The notes under the pieces are model-generated. The model worked only from the letters and a program-made list of their open reading frames with translations, was not told where the DNA came from and did no database searches. 64,000 nt of DNA from Candidatus Daviesbacteria bacterium (lineage in GTDB: Bacteria > Patescibacteriota > Microgenomatia > Daviesbacterales > UBA10151): NCBI GenBank assembly GCA_041690695.1, contig JBEPVZ010000001.1, positions 14,943-78,942 on the forward strand, written 5' to 3'. Shown one piece after another: positions 18,382-27,665 of the stretch. A program made the translations under genes and the position numbers. Position 1 is the first letter of the stretch. Each line of letters opens with the position of its first letter.

Positions 18382-19548
18382 TTATGCTTCTTTTTTAGTC
18401 AGATGATATAGCTTCCATAAAAAATATAAAGTTGGCAGATAAATAATTTGGACCCAGATTAGAGTTTGAGTTGGGCCGATCTTATCGGCAAACAAGCCAA
18501 CGATATAGGCAAAAATTCCGAAAAATAAGCTGCCACCAAATGAGTTTAAAGAAGACATCGTGGCCCGTTGGTTATCACTAAACTCTTTTTGAAGTAAAGA
18601 GCTTGAGGCGGTAGTGCTAGTACCATGAAAGAGGGAAGTGGTAGACATAATAAACGGAGACAGAATTGTTGGGAAGAGAAGGGCTATAAAATTAGCAATG
18701 CGGCTATAGATCTCCCCGAAAAATAAAACCTTAACGGCTTTAAAGCGATTAATAACTCGACCACTAATTCTAAAACCAATAAAAGCTAAAAGGTTAGAGC
18801 TGGTTTTAGCCAAACCCACCGCCCATATTGGCAGTAATAAATTATAAAAAGCGGCTTGGAATTGATAACCAGTTTCGCCAACTCCAAAACTTAAAATACC
18901 AGTTAAATTTAATAATCGAAGTTTTGGGTTATGAATAAATAAAGTTATGGCCTCTTTTAAGTCGGCCATTATATTTCGGGAATGCTCCGTTACAACTTTG
19001 GCATCGATAATCTGTAAACTAATTCCAAAGCAGATCAGTTGAGGGATAACTGATAGCCACATTAAAATGGGGAATGACCAGCTGGCAATTAATGATCCAA
19101 CTAAAGCTGAGACAGCCAAAGAAGCTTGGAACATGGCATCAAGCTTGCCCGAATAAAGATGATAATCATCAGCTAAGCTTTCCTCAGCTAACATATTATG
19201 TAAAAGAGCTTGATTATTACCACTATAAAAAGCTCGCGATAAGCCTTCAAAAATAGCCCCAATCGCTAAAAACCAGAAGCTTGTCCCGATAGCATAAAAG
19301 ATAGCAAATAAAATTGCTGCTAGAGCCCCTATGACAATGGTTTTTTTACGGCCAATTCGATCGGCAAATAATCCGGCTGGAACATCAATGATGGCGGAGG
19401 TAATATAAGCAATTGAAAAAACAGCTGCACCTAGCGCGTAGGAATGGCTTACTCTAGAAAAATAAATAATGGCAATCGGGGCATAAAGTTTAAAGTCACT
19501 AAAAAAATTAAACCAAGTTAATAATTTGATATTTTTTTGAAGAGACAT
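18382..19548 (-). CDS. MFS transporter
   Basis: GLFADRIGRK motif A; about 12 TM helices. Confidence 0.88.
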   Translation of the reverse strand: MSLQKNIKLLTWFNFFSDFKLYAPIAIIYFSRVSHSYALGAAVFSIAYITSAIIDVPAGLFADRIGRKKTIVIGALAAILFAIFYAIGTSFWFLAIGAIFEGLSRAFYSGNNQALLHNMLAEESLADDYHLYSGKLDAMFQASLAVSALVGSLIASWSFPILMWLSVIPQLICFGISLQIIDAKVVTEHSRNIMADLKEAITLFIHNPKLRLLNLTGILSFGVGETGYQFQAAFYNLLLPIWAVGLAKTSSNLLAFIGFRISGRVINRFKAVKVLFFGEIYSRIANFIALLFPTILSPFIMSTTSLFHGTSTTASSSLLQKEFSDNQRATMSSLNSFGGSLFFGIFAYIVGLFADKIGPTQTLIWVQIIYLPTLYFLWKLYHLTKKEA

Positions 19549-19566
19549 ACGAAGAGTATATAATAA

Positions 19567-20190
19567 TTAAACTTCTAATAATTTTTTTATAATGTAGTCC
19601 AAGGGACGTAATTTGATTCCTTCACCAAAATCGTATTTTCCCCACCGGCCAAGACTATGTGGACGTACCTCTCCGCCAATAGCAAAATCAGCCACTTGGT
19701 AAGGATTTAACACCGCCCAATCAGCTAAGTCATCCTTAATAAAATCCTCGTCAAGAAGTGGTTGATAGAGATTAGGAACGTTTTTCCAGCCGGTAAATAA
19801 AACTCGGTTAGGCTTTTTATTTATTTGTCCATAGGTTGGATCAATTATGAATTCCTCATTGGCCTCCGTAAATCGAATAAATGTATGCGTAGCACCTAAT
19901 ATAGCTGGATGAAGAAATATAAGCTCGGGATCCTGAATATATGGAAACTTTTGGGCTAGCACACTACCATAAGCTCCCGCCGCATCATCACAATACATTG
20001 AGCCGGTCATGACCCATCTGTCATTTATAAGCTCCCAACAAGCATCAAGTTGATCATAGTCTAATCCGTCATATTGGGTTTCCAGTCGCGAAGCTAAACG
20101 CAGTGCTGAATTTAGTGGACGATTAGTTTTAAGAACCCAGTCATTAATCTCCCTTAATTGAGGATTATCACCAATCTCTTTAGCTAGCAT
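19567..20190 (-). CDS. hypothetical protein with a papain/transglutaminase-like Cys-His-Asp pattern
   Basis: YCDDAAG ... HTFIRF ... IIDPTYGQ. Confidence 0.5.
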   Translation of the reverse strand: MLAKEIGDNPQLREINDWVLKTNRPLNSALRLASRLETQYDGLDYDQLDACWELINDRWVMTGSMYCDDAAGAYGSVLAQKFPYIQDPELIFLHPAILGATHTFIRFTEANEEFIIDPTYGQINKKPNRVLFTGWKNVPNLYQPLLDEDFIKDDLADWAVLNPYQVADFAIGGEVRPHSLGRWGKYDFGEGIKLRPLDYIIKKLLEV

Positions 20191-20241
20191 TTGGGGAGTA
20201 TATCAAACAGACTAATATCATGCCTAAGAAAGTAGAGACTC

Positions 20242-21348
20242 TTATTGATAAATAAGTGAATGGACAATTGCCACCGCATTTTTTAAATCTTTAAGCGATA
20301 ATGTTTCCTGAACGGAATGAGCATTTTTACCACCTCTTGAAACGGATAAAACTGAATAGCCTTGACCACTAAAGTTATTAGCATCACTTGTCGAAAAGGA
20401 TGATTTAAATTCAGCTTTTAAGCCATTTTGTTGACAGGCTTGAGTGACAGCTTCAATTATTGGGCCTGATGTTTGACCATTAAAAGCTGGCACCAAACTT
20501 GATTTATCTAGTATAAAATCAATCTTAATTTGATGTTTCTTAGCTACTGCATCGCATTTTTGTTGAACTAACCCAGCAATTTTATTCATAGTCGATTGGT
20601 CATAGGCCCGAATTTCGCCTTTCAAATTAACCAGCTCACAAACTACATTAGTGCTTTTCCCCCCGTTAATCTGGCCGATATTAAACGTCCAACCTTCTTT
20701 TAAATCTCGACCTAACGGCAAACTGGTAATCAACTCTGATGCAATTAAAATAGAATTTTTACCAGCTTCATAATCTTTAGCGGCATGGGCGGACAATCCT
20801 AAAACATTTATTTCAAAATTGATATAACCCAGAGATTTATAAATGAAGATGCCTGGCGTATCACTACTATCGACATTAAAAACAAATTTAACATCTTTAT
20901 CAAACTTAAATAAGCTTGAACCCATCACTCCGGCCTCTTCTCGAGTTGGAAAGAAAAATAAAATATTGTGATTTAGTTTATTTTTGTCTAAATTTTGGGC
21001 AGCCATAATTAATGAACTAACTCCTGATTTATTATCTGCTCCTAAAATAGCCTGGCCATTACTTTTAAAAGTTTCCTGCTCAAACTGAGGGATAATCAAA
21101 TCATCGACTGATTGAACAGTATCAAGATGAGCACTAAAAACTAAAGTTTGGAATTTAGAATCAACTTCTAAATAGGCATAAACATTCCCAGAATTACTGT
21201 CATTTTGAGAGCCTGATTGGTCAATCCATGTTTTCCAATTAAGCTTAATCATTTGATCGCAGACCCATTTAGCCATCTCAGCTTCTTGTCCACTGGGAGA
21301 GCTAATGCTCACAGCTTCTATAAATAATTTAATTAGCTTATTGTCCAT
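20242..21348 (-). CDS. M20 family peptidase (peptidase T-like)
   Basis: SAHLDTV, LGADNKSG, REEAG, SAHAA, FNIG.I.GG..TNVV, NAHSVQE. Confidence 0.88.
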   Translation of the reverse strand: MDNKLIKLFIEAVSISSPSGQEAEMAKWVCDQMIKLNWKTWIDQSGSQNDSNSGNVYAYLEVDSKFQTLVFSAHLDTVQSVDDLIIPQFEQETFKSNGQAILGADNKSGVSSLIMAAQNLDKNKLNHNILFFFPTREEAGVMGSSLFKFDKDVKFVFNVDSSDTPGIFIYKSLGYINFEINVLGLSAHAAKDYEAGKNSILIASELITSLPLGRDLKEGWTFNIGQINGGKSTNVVCELVNLKGEIRAYDQSTMNKIAGLVQQKCDAVAKKHQIKIDFILDKSSLVPAFNGQTSGPIIEAVTQACQQNGLKAEFKSSFSTSDANNFSGQGYSVLSVSRGGKNAHSVQETLSLKDLKNAVAIVHSLIYQ

Positions 21349-21450
21349 AATCGTGCCTCAAGCCAAATCCATGATTGAACTATTATATACAAATTCCGCT
21401 TTGTACTTTCAATTACATGCGTGCTTTGGTAAAATTTCAATGCGTAATAT

Positions 21451-21521
21451 TGCGGGATCGTCTAATGGCAGGACGACAGCCTTTGGAGCTGTCTATCATG
21501 GTTCGAATCCATGTCCCGCAG
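21451..21521 (+). tRNA. tRNA-Gln(TTG)
   Basis: TGCGGGA...ACAGC-CTTTGGA-GCTGT...GGTTCGAATCC...TCCCGCA-G. Confidence 0.95.
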
Positions 21522-21859
21522 CTTTCAAAACAAATAACGGTAAAGTGTCAGGTACATTGCCGCTGGGAACCTCCAAGAATTTCAACCTTACGTGTTATCC
21601 CATCACATTTCCCGAGTTTTTCCACCCGATTAGCAATAACGCTTTCTCCAGATAGTTTTCTTTCTTCAACAACATCTTTAATATTTTTTGATGAAGTAGC
21701 TTGTAAAATTCATCATGTAGCTTGACAGGCCTTCTCGAACAACAGGCCAGATATCATTTTTCATACGAAGTTTGTTTTTGTGTGTTGCTATATACAGCCT
21801 CCGAAAATGAGAGGTGCTTCAATCGTAATTTGGAAAGGTTTTTAATTTTCTTAAATAAA

Positions 21860-22936
21860 TTATCTAATATATCCTTTCGCTTTTAATAATTCTGCAATGA
21901 GAATTGCTCCCCCTGCAGCTCCGCGTATTGTATTATCTGATAGAGTAACAAACTTCCAGTCAAAGTGTTTATCTTTTTGTAATCTACCCATAGTAATTCC
22001 CATACCAAGTTCTGTATCCCGATCAAGTCTTGTCTGAGGACGATCCTCTTCTTCAAAATAATGAATAAATTCATTTGGTGAAGAAGGCAAATTCAACTCA
22101 CTAATTGGATTGTTAAAGTGTTTTATTGCATTCAATATCTGTTCTTTTGTGGGATTTTTGATAAAAGATAAAGAAACACAAGCCATATGACCATTAGAAA
22201 CAGAAACGCGTATGCAAGTTGCTGAAATTTCAGGTTTTTGGGCAATTTTTAATCGATCATTAATAAGCTCAGCCCAAATTTTCATTGGTTCTTTTTCTGA
22301 TTTTTCTTCCTCTCCTCTGATAAAGGGAATAACGTTATCTATCATTTCTGGCCAATTCTCGAATGTTTTCCCGGCACCTGAAATTGCCTGCAAACTCGTT
22401 ACATGTACTTTTATAGGTTGAAACTCTTTCAATGCGGTAATAATTGAAACGTATGATTGGATTGAACAATTAGGTTTTACGACAATAAAACCTTTCTTCC
22501 ATCCGTGCTTTTTCCGTTGAGTATCGATAAGTTTTATATGCCCAGGATTAATTTCTGGTATAAGCATTGGAACATCTTCCGACCACCGATTCGCCGAGTT
22601 AGTTGAAATAACAGGGATGTCACTTGATGCATATGCTTTCTCAATATACATTATCGCTTCCTTTTCCATATTCAGGGCACAAAAAACAAAGTCAACCAGT
22701 TTTATAATTTTTTCTTTATCATCAACTGCAAAAACATTGAGTTTCCCTATATTCTTAGGAATCTTTGAATCCATTTTCCATCGTCCTTTTACAGCATCTT
22801 TATATGTTTTTCCAGAAGATTGAGGAGAAGCTGCAACAACCACTAATTCAAACCAAGGGTGTTCGTTCAAGAGTGTAATGAGTCTTTGTCCAACCATACC
22901 TGTTGCACCAAGAATTCCAACTCGCAGTTTTTTCAT
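21860..22936 (-). CDS. asd: aspartate-semialdehyde dehydrogenase
   Basis: GILGATGMVGQ, PNCS catalytic Cys, QAISGAG, NTIRGAAGGA. Confidence 0.95.
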   Translation of the reverse strand: MKKLRVGILGATGMVGQRLITLLNEHPWFELVVVAASPQSSGKTYKDAVKGRWKMDSKIPKNIGKLNVFAVDDKEKIIKLVDFVFCALNMEKEAIMYIEKAYASSDIPVISTNSANRWSEDVPMLIPEINPGHIKLIDTQRKKHGWKKGFIVVKPNCSIQSYVSIITALKEFQPIKVHVTSLQAISGAGKTFENWPEMIDNVIPFIRGEEEKSEKEPMKIWAELINDRLKIAQKPEISATCIRVSVSNGHMACVSLSFIKNPTKEQILNAIKHFNNPISELNLPSSPNEFIHYFEEEDRPQTRLDRDTELGMGITMGRLQKDKHFDWKFVTLSDNTIRGAAGGAILIAELLKAKGYIR

Positions 22937-22939
22937 AAG

Positions 22940-24073
22940 TTATAAAATAAGCTTTTTATGTAATGCTTTAACTATACTTTCGGAATCTTCTGAATCGAGT
23001 AAAAAACACAATCTGTAGTAATCATGTTCCTGTATTTTAATAATGTTTTTATATTCTTCAATGAATTTAGTAAACTGTTCTATAGCTAAAACAGAATTCA
23101 AATCTTCTCCTACTAATGAGATTTTACTCATATCGCTAGATATCTTTTTGAATGTAATACCCCAGAAATTATTGTTATAAGATTTTAATCTCTTTTTTTC
23201 AACGATGAGAGTTCCTTTATGCGAAGGATTAAATGTGTTTAATACTCTTATTGGAATGCCTTTTTTAATAGCAGGTTTCATTGTTTTTGGGTGAAGTACA
23301 TTTGCTCCCGAAGTAGCAAAAGCTTCAGCCACCTTGTAGGGAATTTTTTTAAGTGTTCTTGCTTCCTTAAACATTCTTGGGTCTGCAGTTAATACACCAT
23401 CTACATCTGTCCATACTTGGATTTCAAGCGCTTGTACACAACTTCCAATAATTGATGCTGAATAATCTGACCCTCCTCTACCAAGTGTCGTAACTTTACC
23501 TTCCCGAGTTGCACCAATAAAACCAGTGATTACAGGAACGATACCCTTCCTAATAATAGGTAATAATGTAGCAGCTATTTTTTTTACCGTTAGTGACGAG
23601 ATATATTCTGCATTGCCAAATTTGTCGTTAGTGACAATTATGTCAGAAGCTATCACTTGTTTTGCAGGGATTTTCCTACTTTTAAGTGCCTCTGTAATAA
23701 TATATGAGGACATGATTTCACCATATGAAGCTATTCTATCTTGAAATTCCGACGTAGATCCCGTAGGGATTTTTAATGCAATAGAAATTTCTTTTAGTAT
23801 TTTTGTAATATAAGAAATATGCTTATTTTGATCGTTTTCGTTGGACCACAACTGGTTGATCAAGACAATATGAAAATTTTTAATCTTTTGTAAAATTGAG
23901 ATCTGGAGTAAAGTTGTTGAAGATATTAATGATATTAGTGAATCAGTCACATTTTTGATAGCAGAAACTACAACAATAGGACTGTTCTGTTTCTCTTTTA
24001 TAATAATATTACCAATTGTTTGTATTGACTCTGTTGTGCTTACAGATGTACCACCAAATTTTAGGATGATCAT
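22940..24073 (-). CDS. lysC: aspartate kinase (short, degenerate ACT region)
   Basis: ILKFGGTSV, VVSA, TTLGRGGSDYSA, WTDVDGVLTADP, VLHP; probable ATG at 24073. Confidence 0.9.
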   Translation of the reverse strand: MIILKFGGTSVSTTESIQTIGNIIIKEKQNSPIVVVSAIKNVTDSLISLISSTTLLQISILQKIKNFHIVLINQLWSNENDQNKHISYITKILKEISIALKIPTGSTSEFQDRIASYGEIMSSYIITEALKSRKIPAKQVIASDIIVTNDKFGNAEYISSLTVKKIAATLLPIIRKGIVPVITGFIGATREGKVTTLGRGGSDYSASIIGSCVQALEIQVWTDVDGVLTADPRMFKEARTLKKIPYKVAEAFATSGANVLHPKTMKPAIKKGIPIRVLNTFNPSHKGTLIVEKKRLKSYNNNFWGITFKKISSDMSKISLVGEDLNSVLAIEQFTKFIEEYKNIIKIQEHDYYRLCFLLDSEDSESIVKALHKKLIL

Positions 24074-24183
24074 AAAGATATAAATTAAATAATCCTTGAA
24101 ACTTATCACAAGTATGATTCAAATACAACATTCTAACAGTCCAAGATATTGACTTATAGTCTTCTTAATGCTAGTATCGCCGC

Positions 24184-25593
24184 GTGGCGTCTTCTGAAAT
24201 GTTAACTGGTTCTTTAAAAGAACCAGTAAAAACCATCTTTATCGCAAACGGTCGTGAATTTTTTTCTCCCATCGACAAATATGTTCCTTCTGCACATAAG
24301 GAAGAATTTGTCCAAACAGACAAGGATGAAAGTGACCCAATGATATTTGAACTTGGCGATAACAAAGTAATTTTTGTTCCTCAATCTATTGATCCAGGTT
24401 ATATTCAGGATATGATAAATCTTTTTGGCTTCAAAAATATCTCTATTATAAAGCCTCCAGAAACGGGAAATGGCTTATCAAAAGATATACTTAATGACAG
24501 AGAAACATTTGGAATGCTGCTCCATGCTATCACTCAAGGCGGCCCAGACGTACAGGTCGTACCATGGGGGCAGACACCACAATTTCAAGAACTGCATAAT
24601 ACTTTACGCCAGCAGGGTTTGATATTTAAAACACCGGAAACCCCCTTGGATTTTGCGCAATGGTATCCTGATTATTCGAATACAAAGCTTGGCACACGAG
24701 AAATTCTCAAACGTACACAAATTGCGCACCCCGAAGTTGATATGCAAATACCCGAGGGTTTTCCATGTACTGACATCGAGATGGCTTTACAAGTGACAAA
24801 ATATTTTGTGGGTACAAACAGAGGCATTGTCATGAAAGCAAATCTGGGAGCTGCGGGGATCGGAGTTTTTGTCTTTTCTCCTAAAGAATATAATCTAGCA
24901 AATTCTGATGAATGGAGAGCAATGGAATCAAAAGTACGTAAAAATGAATTACTTCAAAATGGACCTGTCGTTATAGAAGAATATATACAACCTGATTTCA
25001 GTAAACGTGGCGTATTTCCAAGCGTCGATAGTCTTGTTAAGACTAATGGAATTGTCGAGATTCAAGCAGTTAGTGCAATGGGTATACATCGTGATGGAGA
25101 CGAAGTAGAATTCTATGGAAGCACTATTGGTCACGGACTTTTTACTGAAAAGCAACACGCCTACATGAGTACAATTAATCGTGCAGTTGGGCAAGAGCAT
25201 GCAAAGTTGGGATACCGTGGTTGGTATGATACTGACTTTATTTTGGCAGCGGATGGACACCTATATTTAACTGAAACAAACGTAAGGAGAACCGGTACAA
25301 CGTATATGGTAGATCTTGCACGACATCTTTTTGGTAACGATTGGGAAAGTAAAATGGCAATGATTGCTAATGATAAATATATTCGTCCACACCTCGCCGG
25401 ATTATCATATGACAACTTAAAAATACTTTTGTCTGAATTGCTTTATCCAATTCAGGTAGAACAACGAGGTATAATCCTCACTCAATCTGTCCGTTCAATG
25501 CTAGGAAGAGGGAAATTTGCTTATGCAGCAATAGGACGAACTCAAGATGATGCAGAATCATTAGAAAAACAATTAGAAAAAATACTTGGATAA
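24184..25593 (+). CDS. ATP-grasp ligase with a preATP-grasp-type N-terminal domain
   Basis: VMKANLGAAGIGV, VVIEEYI, GYRGWYDTDFIL, LYLTETNVRRTG (E-x-N-x-R). Confidence 0.75.
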   Translation: MASSEMLTGSLKEPVKTIFIANGREFFSPIDKYVPSAHKEEFVQTDKDESDPMIFELGDNKVIFVPQSIDPGYIQDMINLFGFKNISIIKPPETGNGLSKDILNDRETFGMLLHAITQGGPDVQVVPWGQTPQFQELHNTLRQQGLIFKTPETPLDFAQWYPDYSNTKLGTREILKRTQIAHPEVDMQIPEGFPCTDIEMALQVTKYFVGTNRGIVMKANLGAAGIGVFVFSPKEYNLANSDEWRAMESKVRKNELLQNGPVVIEEYIQPDFSKRGVFPSVDSLVKTNGIVEIQAVSAMGIHRDGDEVEFYGSTIGHGLFTEKQHAYMSTINRAVGQEHAKLGYRGWYDTDFILAADGHLYLTETNVRRTGTTYMVDLARHLFGNDWESKMAMIANDKYIRPHLAGLSYDNLKILLSELLYPIQVEQRGIILTQSVRSMLGRGKFAYAAIGRTQDDAESLEKQLEKILG

Positions 25594-25602
25594 ATGATTG
25601 CT

Positions 25603-26133
25603 TCACTTAGCTTTGTACCAATTTATAAGATCAACTAAGACCCTAGCGGCCGTGTCAATTTCGGCAAGGGATATACTATTGTCGGGATCATGATATTCCG
25701 GTCTAATGGTAATACCATAATAGAATGTCTTGAATCCAAATTTTTTACCATAAATGATCGTTTCATCTTCTGTGGCTTCAAAATAATCTTCTTGAATACG
25801 AATTCTGTTTCCAAATCTAGATTTTAATTCTTCAATATCTATTCCGTATAGATTACCAATATATCCTTCTTTACCATTAGTAGGTTCTGTTGTTGTATCA
25901 ACAACAATAACAAGCGTATCTTTGTCTAAAGAATGCGCAACAGCTTCTGCACCATCAAATTCAAGCTCTTCAAAATTCGTATATTCTACTAACACTCCTG
26001 TTTTACGTGAGGCTTGATATGCTGCAAAAACCCCTGCAAAATTATCAACTAAACCAAGAAGATTTTTGTCATCCATCTTAATAGACATTACAGGCCTGGC
26101 AAGATCCATATGTGCAGATAATAAAATTTTCAT
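25603..26133 (-). CDS. minimal M28/M42-like zinc peptidase or amidohydrolase
   Basis: Metal ligands in order: SAHMD, VDNFAG, FEE, VVD, YHDPD; only 176 aa. Confidence 0.65.
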   Translation of the reverse strand: MKILLSAHMDLARPVMSIKMDDKNLLGLVDNFAGVFAAYQASRKTGVLVEYTNFEELEFDGAEAVAHSLDKDTLVIVVDTTTEPTNGKEGYIGNLYGIDIEELKSRFGNRIRIQEDYFEATEDETIIYGKKFGFKTFYYGITIRPEYHDPDNSISLAEIDTAARVLVDLINWYKAK

Positions 26134-26197
26134 GATTTATATACTATAGCATCAATTTGGTAATATGGTAATTTTTTGCTAAAATGAGCAGAAATAT

Positions 26198-27664
26198 ATG
26201 CAGAATCACTCTAAAATGCAAGAAGAAATGCCATATATTTCATCAATTGTAAAATATGTTAAACAGAATAGAATTCCGTTTCATATGCCAGGGCATAAAC
26301 AGGGTCAAGGGATTAATGCTGTATTACAAAAGTTATGGGGTAAAAATATTTTTAAATATGATTTAACAGAAGTCGATGGGCTTGATTATTTAAACGCTCC
26401 TTCTGGTATTATAGAAAAAGCAGAGAAATTGGCCGCTGAAGCATTCAATGTCGAAAATACTTTATTTTTAGTAAACGGATCAACTCTGGGAAATCAAGTA
26501 GCCATTCTCTCCTTAGTAAAAGAAAACCAGAAAATAATCGTACCACGAAATTCTCATCAATCAGTTTTTTCCTCATTAATTCTATCTGGAGCTCACCCTA
26601 TATACATAAATCCAACATATGATCCTGTAACAGGTTTATATCAAACAATTTCAAGTAAGGAAATTAAGAATGCGATAAGGAAAAATTCCGATATAAAAGC
26701 CATACATATAACTTCACCTAACTATAATGGCTTTGTCTCTAACGTAAAAGTTATAGGCAACTTAGCAAAAAAAAATAATATTCCATTAATTGTTGACGAA
26801 GCTCATGGTGCACATTTCCAATTCCACCCCAACCTTCCAATTTCTTCGATCAATTATGATGCAGACATAATAATTCATAGTACGCATAAAACATTAGGAT
26901 CCCTTACACAGACGTCAATGCTCCATTTAGTAAAATCTACTCATGTATCCATTAATCAATTACAAGAAAATTTGATGTTATTGCAGTCTTCTTCACCCAG
27001 TACCCTTTTTGTTATGAGTTTAGATGCAGCGAGACAACAAATGGCAACCCAAGGATATGCATTAATGGATAAAACTCTACAATTAGCAAATTATGCAAGA
27101 AGTACAATAAATAGTTTTAAATATCTATATTGTTACGGAAAAGAAATGATTGGACAAGCAGACATAGCAGATATTGATGAAACGAAATTGCTCATAGATG
27201 TTAGCCGAACGGGGTTAACAGGCTATGAATTAGAAAAAATATTAGGCAGAAACTATCAAATAGAAGTTGAAATGTCTGACACAAAACACATTCTCTGTTT
27301 TGTAACAATAGGTGATACTAAACAGTCAATAGATAAACTGTTACTTGCGTTAAAAGATATTTCAAATAATCCCAAAAGAAATAAACAAAATACAAAGATT
27401 CTATCAATACCGAACACACCCGAACTAGTTATGTTACCGAGGGAGGCATTTTTTGCTGAAAAAAAAATTATAGCTATTTCTGACGCGCTTGGGGAAATTT
27501 GCGGCGAATTCATTATCCCATTTCCACCAGACGTGCCGATTATAACCCCCGGCGAACGAATAAATAAAGAAATAATCGCTTACGTAAAATATTTAAAGAA
27601 ATGTGGTATTATGCTTGTCGGCTCCAAGAATCTATCATCCGAAATGATTCGGGTAGTCAAATAA
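26198..27664 (+). CDS. Orn/Lys/Arg decarboxylase-family PLP enzyme
   Basis: FHMPGHK, FLVNGST, RNSHQS, VDEAHGAH, STHKTL (PLP lysine), PFPPDVP..PGE. Confidence 0.92.
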   Translation: MQNHSKMQEEMPYISSIVKYVKQNRIPFHMPGHKQGQGINAVLQKLWGKNIFKYDLTEVDGLDYLNAPSGIIEKAEKLAAEAFNVENTLFLVNGSTLGNQVAILSLVKENQKIIVPRNSHQSVFSSLILSGAHPIYINPTYDPVTGLYQTISSKEIKNAIRKNSDIKAIHITSPNYNGFVSNVKVIGNLAKKNNIPLIVDEAHGAHFQFHPNLPISSINYDADIIIHSTHKTLGSLTQTSMLHLVKSTHVSINQLQENLMLLQSSSPSTLFVMSLDAARQQMATQGYALMDKTLQLANYARSTINSFKYLYCYGKEMIGQADIADIDETKLLIDVSRTGLTGYELEKILGRNYQIEVEMSDTKHILCFVTIGDTKQSIDKLLLALKDISNNPKRNKQNTKILSIPNTPELVMLPREAFFAEKKIIAISDALGEICGEFIIPFPPDVPIITPGERINKEIIAYVKYLKKCGIMLVGSKNLSSEMIRVVK

Positions 27665-27665
27665 T

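Noticed and set aside
21305-21725. Two 116-aa plus-strand ORFs
   Set aside because: They run through tRNA-Gln and show no recognisable motifs. The 21530-21855 interval looks like decayed sequence that I could not assign.
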